From NCBI GenBank assembly GCA_963847565.1, contig CAWKAE010000013.1:15757-79756 (forward strand): 64,000 nucleotides of DNA, written 5' to 3'. The position numbers and the translations under genes are program-made. Positions 9,438 to 20,762 of this stretch are shown here, in pieces. The stretch is from an uncultured Halobacteria archaeon (GTDB lineage: Bacteria > Pseudomonadota > Gammaproteobacteria > UBA9214). The notes beneath the pieces are model-generated. The model was not told where the DNA came from. It saw only the letters and a list, made by a program, of their open reading frames with translations, and did no database searches. Position 1 is the first letter of the stretch. Each line of letters begins with the position of its first letter.

Positions 9438-10487
9438 TCACTGGCGAAGACGGAAGCTGCCTGGCAATCCGCCGGGGTCAGTCTCCAGAACCGTCCCGAT
9501 CGCAACTGTGCGCGTTAAATTCTGCAACCCGCCACTCGCCTGCAACGAATACTGCACACTACCCGGCACCAGCTCACCCACTTCTACACGACTGACTGAT
9601 GACAGCGATGCCAGGTATCGGCTGATGCGTGCATACGCATCGAGCGTCTCGATTCCATTGACAGTGATATTAACAGTGTCACCGGTATTACCACTGCCAG
9701 TGACTGCAAAACGTGTTGCAAGGATATCCGCAACATCCTCGATACCCTGCTGCGCAAGTGCCTGCAACTGTTGATGACTGTCTGACCATTCGTTGGCACG
9801 ACCAACAACATCAAGATGCCAGCGGGAAGACCAGCCACCGGACGGACTGCGATTGAGTCGACCTATCAGAACAGCCGGCGGTTTGTAGCGTTTCGATGCC
9901 GTCAGCACCTTGTCAAAGAAGCCGCCCCACAGATCCGAGAAGCGCACCTGTGACTGATCTTCAAGATCCATCAGGGGGAACAGGATAGGCACACCCCGTT
10001 TACGCGCAGCCAGTTCGACCTGGCGATGCACATCACTGTCACCATCGGCGGAAACAATATAACGCCGGCCACGATCCTCGACCGCCAGCCACACCAGCGT
10101 GTCGGGCCGTTCGCCACCCCAGTAGGCCATGCCCTCCTGCTGCAGCGATCGCCGAATGGCATCACCGTCGAAACGCGCCCATAGCTTCAACACCGCCGGA
10201 CTCGACGAGGTCTCGGTAAAGTAACGATATTGCTGGACCAGGCGCGCCGGGTCTTCGAGCAGCTTGCGGGCCGGTTCGCCGGAAAGCGCAGACTGGTCAC
10301 CCGCCACCCGCACGATAATCCGTGACAGGGCGGTCCTGAAGGCCGCTGTACGCACACCCGGCGTCTGGTCAGTGACGGCCACCTCGGTTTCAAACAGGTC
10401 CGTAACCGCACGCGCCGGTGTAAAAAACACCAGCAAAAGACACAGCATGGCAATGACTTTTCCGGCCGTTTGTTTTTTATATTCCAT
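9438..10487 (-). CDS. DUF2066-family exported protein
   Basis: Signal peptide, [23 protein letters not shown]; conserved position divergent from purM. Confidence 0.8.
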   Translation of the reverse strand: MEYKKQTAGKVIAMLCLLLVFFTPARAVTDLFETEVAVTDQTPGVRTAAFRTALSRIIVRVAGDQSALSGEPARKLLEDPARLVQQYRYFTETSSSPAVLKLWARFDGDAIRRSLQQEGMAYWGGERPDTLVWLAVEDRGRRYIVSADGDSDVHRQVELAARKRGVPILFPLMDLEDQSQVRFSDLWGGFFDKVLTASKRYKPPAVLIGRLNRSPSGGWSSRWHLDVVGRANEWSDSHQQLQALAQQGIEDVADILATRFAVTGSGNTGDTVNITVNGIETLDAYARISRYLASLSSVSRVEVGELVPGSVQYSLQASGGLQNLTRTVAIGTVLETDPGGLPGSFRLRQ

Positions 10488-10626
10488 GTGTTACCCGACA
10501 GAGTTCCCGTATCCCGCTAGCATACGGATATCTTCACGATTTGACCATATCGACACTGACAGCTTTCTGATTGCAGCGCCTGCAGGCGACCGCTACCATA
10601 GCGACCCTGTCCTTCTGGAGTTACGC

Positions 10627-11688
10627 GTGAGCGCACATAAAAAGCCTGGCCAGTCTGCAAACCCCCTGAGTTACCGCGATGCCGGTGTGGATATAGACGC
10701 CGGCAATGCACTCATCGATCGTATAAAACCCGCGGTCGCCAAAACACGCAGACCCGGCGTCATGTCAGGACTGGGCGGTTTCGGCGCCCTGTTCGAGCTG
10801 CCACAGGGCCGGTACCGGGAACCGGTACTCGTCTCGGGAACAGACGGTGTCGGTACCAAGCTGAAGCTCGCGGTCGAGGCAGGGCTGCATGACAGCATCG
10901 GCATCGACCTGGTCGCGATGTGTGTCAACGATATCGTGGTCACCGGCGCAGAACCGCTCTTTTTTCTGGATTATTACGCCACCGGCAAACTCGAACTCGA
11001 TGTAGCCAGCGATGTCATCACCGGCATCGCGCGCGGTTGCGAACTCGCCGGCGCCGCGCTGGTCGGTGGAGAAACGGCCGAAATGCCGGGCATGTACAGC
11101 AACGGAGACTACGACCTCGCCGGCTTCAGCGTCGGCATTGTCGAGAAATCGGAAATAATCGATGGCAGCAAGGTCGGCAGCGGCGATGTGATCATCGGGC
11201 TGGCTTCGTCCGGCCCGCATTCCAATGGCTACTCGCTCATTCGCAAGGTACTCGAGGTCAGCGGACAAACCCTGCAGGACACCCTGGCAGGTAAAACACT
11301 GGCCGAGTGGCTGCTCGCACCAACGCGCATCTATGTAAAGTCACTGCTGTCGTTATGCAGTGCATTCGATGTTCATTCACTCGCCCACATTACCGGCGGC
11401 GGCCTGACAGAAAACCTGCCACGCGTTCTGCCGACAGGCACGCGCGCAATTATCGACGCCAACAGCTGGCAACGCCCGGCAATCTTCGACTGGCTGCAAC
11501 AACAGGGCAATATCGAATCGCAGGAGATGTACCGCACTTTCAACTGCGGCATCGGCATGGTCGTGTGCGTGGCTGAAACCGATGCCGACCAGGCGCTCGC
11601 ACACCTGATTGCAGCCGGCGAGGATGCCAGCATTATCGGGCGGATAGAGGCCGGCGAAGAGATACCTGAAGCAATCATCCGCGACTGA
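10627..11688 (+). CDS. purM: Phosphoribosylformylglycinamidine cyclo-ligase
   Basis: [35 protein letters not shown]; GTG start after GGAG. Confidence 0.97.
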   Translation: MSAHKKPGQSANPLSYRDAGVDIDAGNALIDRIKPAVAKTRRPGVMSGLGGFGALFELPQGRYREPVLVSGTDGVGTKLKLAVEAGLHDSIGIDLVAMCVNDIVVTGAEPLFFLDYYATGKLELDVASDVITGIARGCELAGAALVGGETAEMPGMYSNGDYDLAGFSVGIVEKSEIIDGSKVGSGDVIIGLASSGPHSNGYSLIRKVLEVSGQTLQDTLAGKTLAEWLLAPTRIYVKSLLSLCSAFDVHSLAHITGGGLTENLPRVLPTGTRAIIDANSWQRPAIFDWLQQQGNIESQEMYRTFNCGIGMVVCVAETDADQALAHLIAAGEDASIIGRIEAGEEIPEAIIRD

Positions 11689-11724
11689 CGGTCGGGCTCG
11701 CGAGACTGAATCATCAAACCGTCG

Positions 11725-12405
11725 ATGGCTGACCCGACTCCCGCAAAACTACCCGTCGTTGTCCTGATCTCAGGCCGGGGCAGCAACCTGCATGCAATTA
11801 TCGATTGCGTGGATGCCGGCAAGTTGCCGATCGAGATACGCGCCGTCATCAGTAATCGCCCCGCTGCCGCCGGGCTGCAATATGCCAGTGCAGCCGGCAT
11901 TGCCACCGAAATACTGGACCACACCACCTATACCGACCGTGCGCACTTCGACCAGGCATTGCAGGCGGCGATCGATCGCCATGCGCCCGGACTGGTGGTG
12001 CTGGCCGGTTTCATGCGCATCCTGACGGCGGATTTCGTCAACCACTACCGTGGCCGCATGCTGAATATTCACCCGTCCCTGCTGCCGGAATTTCCCGGCC
12101 TTGACACACACCGCCGCGCACTTGAATCCGGCGCAGCAGAACATGGCGCGAGTGTGCATTTCGTCACGCCAGACACCGATGGCGGCCCGGTCATTCTGCA
12201 GGCACATGTGCCGGTAAAGTCCGGCGATACAGAGGAGAGTCTCGCTGCACGTTTACTGCATGAAGAGCATCGCCTGTATCCACTGGCTATACTCTGGTTT
12301 GCAACCGGCCGTATCAGCGTTGACGATGCAGGCCAGGTCAGGCTCGATGGTGCACTGCTGACAACGCCGGTGAATATGGCCGACATTCACGACCTGCCAT
12401 GCTGA
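11725..12405 (+). CDS. purN: Phosphoribosylglycinamide formyltransferase
   Basis: ISGRGSNL, LAGFMRIL, NIHPSLLP. Confidence 0.97.
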   Translation: MADPTPAKLPVVVLISGRGSNLHAIIDCVDAGKLPIEIRAVISNRPAAAGLQYASAAGIATEILDHTTYTDRAHFDQALQAAIDRHAPGLVVLAGFMRILTADFVNHYRGRMLNIHPSLLPEFPGLDTHRRALESGAAEHGASVHFVTPDTDGGPVILQAHVPVKSGDTEESLAARLLHEEHRLYPLAILWFATGRISVDDAGQVRLDGALLTTPVNMADIHDLPC

Positions 12406-13172
12406 ACAAACTACTGCCTGTTACCTTGCTTGCGATTGCAGGGCTGACCGGCCGGCAAGACCTGTTTGCTGCCGGTTTGCCGGACTTTACCGCGACCTAC
12501 TCGGTTGAGCGTGGCGTTCTCACGATTGGCAACGCCCGCATTGCACTGACACGCGAACCAGATGGCGGCTATCACTATGAATCACATAGCTGGCCCGCCC
12601 GCCTGGCCTCGCTGTTCAACAAGGTAAAACTTCACGAAACGAGCAGTGGCCGGATCACCGGGGATGGCCTGCGCCCGGAACAATATCATTACCTCCGCAC
12701 CGGTGGCAGCAGGGAGCGCGTCGCACATCTTACCTTTGACTGGCAAGCGGGCATGGTGGTCAACAACGTTGCCGGCAGTCGCTGGAAAATGACCGTCCCC
12801 GCCGGAACCCACGACAAACTCTCGACCCAACTGGGAATGATGGCTGCCCTTGCACAGGGTGAAACGGATTTTTCTTTCGATGTCGCCGATGGCGGCACAC
12901 TCAAGCAGTTTCGCTACCGGGTGCTTGGCAGGAAAGTCCTCGAGGTACCGGCAGGTACGTTCAGGACAGTCAAGATAACGATGTCGAGCGGCAAGGGCAG
13001 GCACAAGACCCTGGCGTGGTGTGCCCCGGACCTGAATTACCTGCCGGTCAAAATCGTTCGGCAGGAGCAAGGCGAGGCGGCTTATTCCAGCTACCTGGAA
13101 AGCTTCAGCGAGTCACTGAAAACCAGCAACTTCGCAAAAAGTCATCCCGCACCCGGCGAAATTGATGAGTGA
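12399..13172 (+). CDS. DUF3108-family exported protein
   Basis: Signal peptide, VPAGTFRTVK, WCAPDLNYLPVKI; commonly follows purN. Confidence 0.8.
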   Translation: MLNKLLPVTLLAIAGLTGRQDLFAAGLPDFTATYSVERGVLTIGNARIALTREPDGGYHYESHSWPARLASLFNKVKLHETSSGRITGDGLRPEQYHYLRTGGSRERVAHLTFDWQAGMVVNNVAGSRWKMTVPAGTHDKLSTQLGMMAALAQGETDFSFDVADGGTLKQFRYRVLGRKVLEVPAGTFRTVKITMSSGKGRHKTLAWCAPDLNYLPVKIVRQEQGEAAYSSYLESFSESLKTSNFAKSHPAPGEIDE

Positions 13173-13521
13173 ATTCACCGCATACCTGCATGAAGTCTTT
13201 GCCCTGTTCGGTCCTGTCACTGCACGCAAAATGTTCGGCGGCTATGGCATCTATCATGACGGTGTCATGTTCGGCCTGGTCGCGGATGACACCCTGTACC
13301 TCAAGGCAGACGCTGGCAGCCGTGATCAATTCCTGGCGCGCGGGCTCGGGCCATTCGAATACGAGAAAAACGGCAAACGCATTGCGATGTCATATTACCT
13401 TGCGCCCGAGGAAATCCTTGAGGACCCGGAAGCGGCACGCACGTGGGCAAAACAATCCTGGGAGGTTGCCTGGCGCGCCCGGTCGAAACGCGGCAAATCG
13501 CAACTGCGCCGTGATTCGTGA
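13162..13521 (+). CDS. TfoX/Sxy N-terminal domain protein
   Basis: RKMFGGYGIY..GVMFGLVADDTLYLK, MSYY. Confidence 0.9.
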   Translation: MMSEFTAYLHEVFALFGPVTARKMFGGYGIYHDGVMFGLVADDTLYLKADAGSRDQFLARGLGPFEYEKNGKRIAMSYYLAPEEILEDPEAARTWAKQSWEVAWRARSKRGKSQLRRDS

Positions 13522-13605
13522 ACCAGCCAGGGACTTGTTTCAGTGAATAATCGCAACACGACGGGCTTCCACCCATTGATCGAGAGCAACTGATTCGAAG
13601 ACAGA

Positions 13606-14172
13606 TCAGGTTTTCGGCAGGGTCACGCCCTTCTGGCCCTGGTATTTTCCGCCGCGGTCCTTGTAGCTGGTCTCGCAGACCTCGTCGGACTCAAGGAACA
13701 GCACCTGTGCAACACCTTCGTTGGCGTAGATCTTGGCAGGCAACGGCGTGGTATTGGAAAACTCCAGCGTCACATGCCCTTCCCATTCCGGTTCAAACGG
13801 GGTGACGTTGACGATAATACCGCAACGCGCATAGGTGGACTTGCCAAGGCAAATCGTCAGGACATTGCGTGGAATACGGAAGTATTCAACCGTGCGCGCC
13901 AGTGCAAAAGAGTTCGGCGGAATGATGCACACGTCTGATTTCACATCGACAAAACTGTTGTCGTCAAAATTCTTCGGGTCGACGATGGCAGAGTTGATGT
14001 TGGTGAATATCTTGAACTCGTCCGAACAACGAATATCGTAGCCGTAACTCGAGGTTCCGTAGGAGACGATGCGGGCACCGTCTTTCTCGCGAATCTGGCC
14101 TGACTCGAACGGCTCGATCATGCCGTGCTGCTCGGCCATGCGGCGGATCCATTTATCGGCTTTGATTGACAT
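13606..14172 (-). CDS. dcd: dCTP deaminase
   Basis: [31 protein letters not shown]. Confidence 0.97.
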   Translation of the reverse strand: MSIKADKWIRRMAEQHGMIEPFESGQIREKDGARIVSYGTSSYGYDIRCSDEFKIFTNINSAIVDPKNFDDNSFVDVKSDVCIIPPNSFALARTVEYFRIPRNVLTICLGKSTYARCGIIVNVTPFEPEWEGHVTLEFSNTTPLPAKIYANEGVAQVLFLESDEVCETSYKDRGGKYQGQKGVTLPKT

Positions 14173-14218
14173 TGTGGTGGTTGAATCTCGTTTAAGTTGG
14201 ATATTCTAAAAAAACTTT

Positions 14219-14419
14219 CGCGCAAAGTCGCAAAGAACGCAAAGCAGATATCTTTGTCTCTAAGTAACTACTCCCTCCCCCTCAGGGTGAAGGGCTGGGG
14301 AGAGGGGATTGAATTAAACAGGATGAACGTACCCCCTCTCCCTGGCCCTCTCCCAGAGGGAGAGGGGAATGAAGTTTTTTACAGCAACAACATCTCCCTT
14401 GTGTCATGTTGCCTGCGCG
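14219..14419. repeat. Composite REP-like element A: CGCAAAG-type flanks enclosing a CCCTCTCCC-type doublet (14271-14368)
   Basis: CGCGCAAAGTCGCAAAGAACGCAAAG at 14219-14244; inner arms match 51130-51227 and 62767-62867; right flank degenerate. Confidence 0.75.
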
Positions 14420-14440
14420 TCGAATGGCTTCCCGCTTCCC

Positions 14441-15532
14441 TCAGTCGTTCTGAATCACGATCTGCGGGAACCGCGCTGCATAATCCTTGGTCTTCAGTGA
14501 CAGCTTGGCGGCCGTGCGCCGGGCGATTTCGCGATAGATTTGCGAAATCCGTGAATCCGGCTCCGCAACGACCGTCGGCTTGCCTGCATCGGTCTCTTCA
14601 CGAATACGTATGTCGAGCGGCAGCGCACCGAGGAAATCGGCATTATTCTGTTTCGACATGCGTTCACCACCACCTTTACCGAAGATGTATTCCTCGTGGT
14701 TGCAGTTACTGCAGATATGGATACTCATGTTCTCGATCACACCCAGCACCGGCACCTCGACCTTCTCGAACATCTTCAGTCCCTTGCGGGCATCGAGCAG
14801 GGCAATGTCCTGTGGCGTGGTCACGATAACCGCACCGCTGACCGGCACCTGCTGTGCCAGTGTCAGCTGGATGTCGCCTGTGCCTGGCGGCAGATCGACA
14901 ATCAGGTAGTCGAGATCTTTCCAGTTGGTATCGTTGAGTAACTGCTGCAAGGCCTGGGTCACCATCGGTCCACGCCAGATCATCGGGGTTTCCTCGTCAA
15001 CCAGGAAACCGATCGACATGGCCTGGAGGTCATAACTGTTCATCGGCTCCAGCGACTTGCCGTCCACAGATTCCGGCTTGCCGGATACGCCCAGCATGCG
15101 CGGCTGGCTGGGGCCATAGATATCGGCATCCAGGATACCGACCCTGGCGCCCTCGACAGACAGTGCCAGCGCCAGGTTGACCGCGGTAGTGGACTTGCCG
15201 ACACCACCCTTGCCGGAGGCAATCGCAATAATATTCTTGATACCTTCGATGTGCTTCACACCCTTCTGGGCGGAATGCGCGGAAATCTTGCTGGATACGT
15301 CGATGACGGCCTTGTCGACGCCATCAATGGATTCGACCAGCGTCTTCAGCTTGTCGGCCAGCTCGGCGTGGAATCCGGCGGCGGGATAGCCCAGTACGAT
15401 TTTAACGGTTACGGTCGAGCCGTCGATGGACACGTCCTTGACGCATTTCGCCGACACGAGGTCTTTCTCGAGGTGCGGGTCAACGTAGGTGGCCAGTTTT
15501 TCTTCAATCCGGTCTGTGGTCACGTCAGCCAT
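14441..15532 (-). CDS. apbC: Fe-S cluster carrier ApbC/Mrp
   Basis: SGKGGVGKSTT, DADIYGPS, DLPPGTGD, ENMS..CSNC; divergent from metG. Confidence 0.96.
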   Translation of the reverse strand: MADVTTDRIEEKLATYVDPHLEKDLVSAKCVKDVSIDGSTVTVKIVLGYPAAGFHAELADKLKTLVESIDGVDKAVIDVSSKISAHSAQKGVKHIEGIKNIIAIASGKGGVGKSTTAVNLALALSVEGARVGILDADIYGPSQPRMLGVSGKPESVDGKSLEPMNSYDLQAMSIGFLVDEETPMIWRGPMVTQALQQLLNDTNWKDLDYLIVDLPPGTGDIQLTLAQQVPVSGAVIVTTPQDIALLDARKGLKMFEKVEVPVLGVIENMSIHICSNCNHEEYIFGKGGGERMSKQNNADFLGALPLDIRIREETDAGKPTVVAEPDSRISQIYREIARRTAAKLSLKTKDYAARFPQIVIQND

Positions 15533-15790
15533 GTGTCTGCTCCTGAATATATGCGGGCGCCGGCCTGCCGGGACCAGCGAAAATTGACCGCGAATTGTAC
15601 ACCAAGCCGCCGGCCCCGTGCGCAGGACTACCCATAGGGGATACGCATTGCCACAGATTCAATGGGGTCACCTTCGCTTGAATCCAGAATCTGAACGAAA
15701 TCAACCGGCTCTAACCCCACTGATTCGGTCTATGGCATACTTGCACACTTATCTATAGCTGTTTCAGGACGTTATTTACGCAAGCCGAAA

Positions 15791-17819
15791 ATGAGTCAGA
15801 AAAATCGCACAATTCTGGTCACCAGTGCCCTGCCCTACGCCAATGGACCGATCCATATCGGGCACCTGGTGGAATATATCCAGACCGACATCTGGGTCCG
15901 TTTCCAGAAACTGCATGGACATGATTGCAAATATGTCTGCGCCGATGACGCGCATGGAACGCCGATCATGCTGCGCGCCCGGCAGGAAGGCATTACACCG
16001 GAAGCCCTGATTGCAGCGGGTCGCCGTGGAGCACCAGGCAGACTTTGCCGGCTTCGGCGTTGATTTCGACAATTACTACAGCACCCACACGGATGAAAAC
16101 CGCGCGTTTGCCGAAAAAATCTACCTGGCCTTGCGCGATGACGGACACATCGCGCGGCGCACTATCAGCCAGTTTTTCGATCCGGAAAAAGAGATGTTCC
16201 TGCCGGACCGTTTCATCAAGGGCACTTGTCCGCGTTGCGGCGCAGAAGACCAGTACGGTGACAACTGCGAGGTGTGCGGGGCAACCTACGATGCCGGTGA
16301 GCTGAAAAATCCGCGTTCTGTCGTCAGTGGCGCGACACCGGTCAAAAAGGATTCGGAACACTACTTCTTCAAACTGGCCGATTTCGAAGACATGCTGCGC
16401 ACCTATGTTCGTGAGTCCACGCAACCGGAAGTCGCCAACAAAATGGACGAGTGGCTGTCCACCGGCCTGCATGACTGGGACATTTCCCGCGATGCGCCCT
16501 ACTTCGGTTTCGAGATACCGGATGCGCCCGGCAAGTATTTCTATGTCTGGCTGGATGCGCCCGTCGGTTACATGGCGAGTTTCAAAAACCTGTGCGACCG
16601 CACCGGTCTGGATTTCGACGCTTACTGGGGCAAGGACAGCCAGGCCGAGTTGTACCATTTCATCGGCAAGGACATCCTGCGTTTCCACACCCTGTTCTGG
16701 CCGGCGATGCTGAGTGGCGCCGGTTACCGCCGGCCAACGGCCATATTCGCACACGGTTTTCTGACCGTCGACGGACAAAAGATGTCCAAGTCGCGCGGTA
16801 CATTTATCAAGGCCAGCAGCTGGCTCGAGCACCTGAACCCGGAATACCTGCGCTATTACATCGCCGCAAAGCTCGGCGCCGGTGTCGATGACATTGATCT
16901 CAACCTCGAAGACTTCGTGCTGCGCGTGAACAGCGACCTGGTCGGCAAGGTCGTCAATATCGCCAGCCGCTGTGCCGGCTTCATCAACAAGAAGTTCGAC
17001 GGCATGCTCGCCGATACCTGCAGCGAAGCGGACCTGTATGCCGACTTTGTCGCGGCCGGGTCTGACATTGCCGCAGACTACGAACAACGCGCCTATGGAC
17101 AGGCCGTGCGCAAGATCATGGCACTGGCCGACCGTGCGAACCAGTACATCGATGCGAACAAGCCCTGGGTCCTTGCCAAAGAAGCCGGCAGCGAACAGGA
17201 GGTCCAGGCCGTATGCAGTACCGGGCTCAACCTGTTCCGTGTGCTACTGACTTACCTGCAACCCATCCTGCCGGCCATGGCGGCAGAGGTTGAGGACTTT
17301 CTGAACATACCCGCGATGCAATGGTCCGCCATCGCGGAACCACTGACTGCGCATCGCATCAATAAATTCAAACCACTGATGACACGCGTGGAACAGGAGA
17401 AAATCGACGCCATGCTGGAAGACTCAAAAGAATCACTGGAAAGCACCAGCGCACCGGCAAGCACCGGCCCGCTCGCCGACGACCCGATCAGCGAAACCAT
17501 CGCGTTCGACGACTTCGCAAAACTGGACCTGCGCATTGCGCGCATTGCAAAGGCCGAACACGTGGAAGGCGCCGACAAACTGCTGCAACTGACACTTGAT
17601 CTTGGCGGGGAGTCCCGCAATGTATTTGCCGGCATCAAGTCGGCCTATACGCCGGAATCGCTGGAAGGCAAGCTGACGGTCATGGTGGCAAACCTGGCAC
17701 CCCGCAAAATGCGCTTCGGCATTTCCGAAGGCATGGTGCTGGCCGCCGGACCCGGTGGCAGTGACCTGTTTGTGTTACACCCGGATGACGGTGCAGAACC
17801 GGGCATGCGGGTTAAATAG
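15791..17819 (+). CDS. metG: Methionine--tRNA ligase (apparent frameshift near 16012)
   Basis: HIGH in ORF 15791..16063; Zn knuckle, KMSKS and C-terminal tRNA-binding domain in ORF 16011..17819. Confidence 0.97.
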
Positions 17820-17842
17820 GCGCTATGCGCCTGTATATACAT

Positions 17843-17906
17843 TGTAGGAGCGGATCGCATCCGCGAATTTAACTCAAAGAATTCGCGGATGCGATCCGCT
17901 CCTACA
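17843..17906. repeat. GTAG-family REP doublet (REPIN)
   Basis: Perfect 27-bp inverted arms TGTAGGAGCGGATCGCATCCGCGAATT with a 10-nt spacer. Confidence 0.9.
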
Positions 17907-17938
17907 CCGTTTTAAAGGATGTGACACACAATTTCAAT

Positions 17939-18520
17939 ATGACAGAGCTGGCCCTAATCCTCGTCAGTACCGTGCTGGTCAATAATTTTGTCCTGGTGAA
18001 ATTTCTTGGCCTGTGTCCGTTCATGGGTGTCTCCCGCAGTGTCGACACGGCCACCGGCATGGCGCTCGCGACCACCTTTGTCCTGACACTGTCGTCGATT
18101 TGCAGCTACCTCGCCAATGAATTTCTGCTGGAGCCGTTTGGCCTCGAGTACCTGCGCACCATTACCTTTATTCTCGTGATTGCCGCGGTGGTGCAATTCA
18201 CTGAAATGATCGTGCACAAAACCAGCCCGCTGCTGTACAAGGTGCTGGGGATTTTCCTGCCGTTAATTACCACCAACTGCGCCGTGCTGGGCGTTGCGCT
18301 GTTGAACGTTCAGCAGGATCTCAATTTTATCGAATCGGCCGTCTACGGTTTTGGTGCGGCAATCGGTTTCTCGCTGGTGTTGATATTATTCTCCTCCATG
18401 CGTGAACGCCTCACGGCGGCAGATGTACCGGAACCGTTTCGCGGCTCTGCCATTGCACTGGTAACCGCCGGCCTGATGTCACTCGCCTTCATGGGTTTCT
18501 CCGGCCTCGTCAAGGGTTAA
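17939..18520 (+). CDS. rnfA: Rnf/Rsx complex subunit A (cluster 1)
   Basis: [31 protein letters not shown]. Confidence 0.95.
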   Translation: MTELALILVSTVLVNNFVLVKFLGLCPFMGVSRSVDTATGMALATTFVLTLSSICSYLANEFLLEPFGLEYLRTITFILVIAAVVQFTEMIVHKTSPLLYKVLGIFLPLITTNCAVLGVALLNVQQDLNFIESAVYGFGAAIGFSLVLILFSSMRERLTAADVPEPFRGSAIALVTAGLMSLAFMGFSGLVKG

Positions 18521-18535
18521 GGGACCTACCGGGTC

Positions 18536-19096
18536 ATGCTGATCGCACTCGTCACGCTGGGCATCCTCGCCGTAATTATTGGCCTGGTGCTGGGCTATGC
18601 AGCCATTCGGTTTCGCGTCGAAAGCGATCCCGTGGTCGAACAAATTGATGCGCTGCTGCCGCAGACGCAGTGCGGACAATGCACCTACGCCGGCTGTCGT
18701 CCCTATGCGGAAGCGATCGCCGCCGGCGAGGCCGACATTAACCAGTGCCCGCCCGGTGGCGAAGTAACCATCCAGGGACTGGCCGATTTGCTGGGCGTTG
18801 ACCCCAAACCGCTCAACCCGGAACATGGTGAACACAGCGAGAAAACAGTTGTCATTATTGACGAACAGGTCTGCATCGGCTGCACCCTGTGCATCCAGGC
18901 CTGCCCGGTAGACGCCATCCTGGGCGCAGCCAAGCAGATGCATACCGTCATCGCATCCGAGTGCACCGGTTGCGACCTGTGTATCCCGCCGTGTCCCGTG
19001 GAATGCATCCACGTGGTGCCGGTGAAGACGACCTCCGCCACCTGGTCATGGCCACTACCCGGCACTGACACCGAGGTAATAAAAAACAGTGACTAA
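18536..19096 (+). CDS. rnfB: Rnf/Rsx subunit B (cluster 1)
   Basis: [14 protein letters not shown]...CPPGG plus two CxxCxxCxxxCP motifs. Confidence 0.95.
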   Translation: MLIALVTLGILAVIIGLVLGYAAIRFRVESDPVVEQIDALLPQTQCGQCTYAGCRPYAEAIAAGEADINQCPPGGEVTIQGLADLLGVDPKPLNPEHGEHSEKTVVIIDEQVCIGCTLCIQACPVDAILGAAKQMHTVIASECTGCDLCIPPCPVECIHVVPVKTTSATWSWPLPGTDTEVIKNSD

Positions 19097-20762
19097 GCAG
19101 GATCGAACACAGTCACTGGCGCCGCTGGGCGACTTCGATCGCCTGTATCACTTTAATGGCGGGCTGAAGCTGGCGGGTAACCGCGCGGTCTCGCTGGCGT
19201 GTCCAGCCCGTTCGGCGGGTATCCCGCCACAATTGATTCTGCCCCTGCAGCAACACATTGGCGAGCCGGCGGAATGTCTTGTCAAGGTGGGAGACAGGGT
19301 ACGCAAGGGTGACGTGCTGGCCGGGCCGGTCGGACAAGTCAGTGCGCCGTTACACGCACCCACATCCGGGACCATCTCGGCCATCGAAGCGCGCCCGGTA
19401 GCCCACCCGTCAGGGTTGCCGGCCCCCTGCATCGTGATCAATACCGACGGTAACGATACGGCCGGACCGATGGCGCCTCCCGTCGACTACCTGCAGACAG
19501 ACCCGGCAAGCTTGTGCGAACTGATTCGCCGTGCCGGCATTGTCGGACTCGGCGGTGCGGGATTTCCGACCCAGGTCAAGCTGGCGCGGAAAAATGACAT
19601 CGAGTTGCTGCTGATTAACGGCGCGGAATGCGAACCATGGATTACCTGCGACGAGCGCCTGTTGATTGACCAGGCCGAAAACGTCATTAGCGGCATCCGG
19701 ATCCTGCAACACATACTGAAACCACAACACTGCGTGCTTGCGATCGAGGACAATATGCCGGCTGCACGTGAGGCGATACGGGCAGTACTCGACAACGGTG
19801 ATTCCGGCATACGGCTGGTCGAAGTGCCGGCCATCTATCCAGCCGGCGGCGAACGGCAACTGATCAAGGTAATCACCAACCGCGAAGTGCCGAGCATGGG
19901 ACTACCTGCTGACATCGGCATCATCTGCCAGAACGTCGGTACGGTTGCCGCCATTCATCATGCCATCAACGAGGGCAAGCCGTTGCTTTCGCGGCTGGTC
20001 ACAGTTACCGGCGACGGCGTTCGCGAGCCCTGCAACCTCGACGTACTCATCGGCACACCCGTCAGTCACGTGATAGCCGCCGCCGGCGGTTATAGCAGCG
20101 ACATCGAACGCCTGCTGATCGGCGGCCCGATGATGGGTTATGCCGTCGGCACCGACGCCGTTCCGGTCATCAAGACGACTAACTGCATACTGGCAGTGAC
20201 ACCGCAAACCATGCCATCACCCCAGGCGGCACTGCCCTGCATACGCTGCGGCAAGTGTACCGAGGCCTGTCCCGCCGACCTGCTGCCGCAACAATTGTAC
20301 TGGTTCACCCGTAGTGGCAACCATGACGCCGCGCAGGATTTCGGCCTGTTCGACTGCATCGAGTGCGGTTGTTGTGCCTATGTCTGTCCGAGTCATATCC
20401 CGCTGGTACAGTACTATCGGCATGCCAAGACCACGATCTGGGCACAGGAGAAGCAGAAAAAGGCCTCGGACATCGCGCGTAATCGCCACGAGGCAAGACT
20501 GGCGCGGCTGGAACGCATCAAGCAGGAACGTGCTGACCGGCTGGCGAAAAAGAAACGTGCCGTCTCCACACAAGGAGCTGACGGTGACGACCCGCGCAAG
20601 GCCGCCATCCAGGCCGCGCTGGACCGGGTAAAACGGAAAAAGGAACAGGCAGACTTCACACCTGCCAACACCGACAACCTGACCGACGACCAGCTGCAGC
20701 AAATCGAGGCGGCCGATCGCCGACGCGGTTCCGGCCAGCATCCGGAGGATGACAAGGGCTAA
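19089..20762 (+). CDS. rnfC: Rnf/Rsx subunit C (cluster 1)
   Basis: [22 protein letters not shown], two 4Fe-4S motifs, charged C-terminal tail. Confidence 0.95.
   Translation: MTKQDRTQSLAPLGDFDRLYHFNGGLKLAGNRAVSLACPARSAGIPPQLILPLQQHIGEPAECLVKVGDRVRKGDVLAGPVGQVSAPLHAPTSGTISAIEARPVAHPSGLPAPCIVINTDGNDTAGPMAPPVDYLQTDPASLCELIRRAGIVGLGGAGFPTQVKLARKNDIELLLINGAECEPWITCDERLLIDQAENVISGIRILQHILKPQHCVLAIEDNMPAAREAIRAVLDNGDSGIRLVEVPAIYPAGGERQLIKVITNREVPSMGLPADIGIICQNVGTVAAIHHAINEGKPLLSRLVTVTGDGVREPCNLDVLIGTPVSHVIAAAGGYSSDIERLLIGGPMMGYAVGTDAVPVIKTTNCILAVTPQTMPSPQAALPCIRCGKCTEACPADLLPQQLYWFTRSGNHDAAQDFGLFDCIECGCCAYVCPSHIPLVQYYRHAKTTIWAQEKQKKASDIARNRHEARLARLERIKQERADRLAKKKRAVSTQGADGDDPRKAAIQAALDRVKRKKEQADFTPANTDNLTDDQLQQIEAADRRRGSGQHPEDDKG

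Noticed and set aside
10264-10626. N-terminal extensions of purM (likewise pdhA to 56828, purT from 29567, rnfG from 21388)
   Set aside because: They overlap neighbouring genes, and downstream starts with RBS match the family N-termini.
14197-14829. ORFs reading through REP elements (also 51077..51283 and 62683..63033, PLPPGEG-type peptides)
   Set aside because: Translations of palindromic repeats, not genes.
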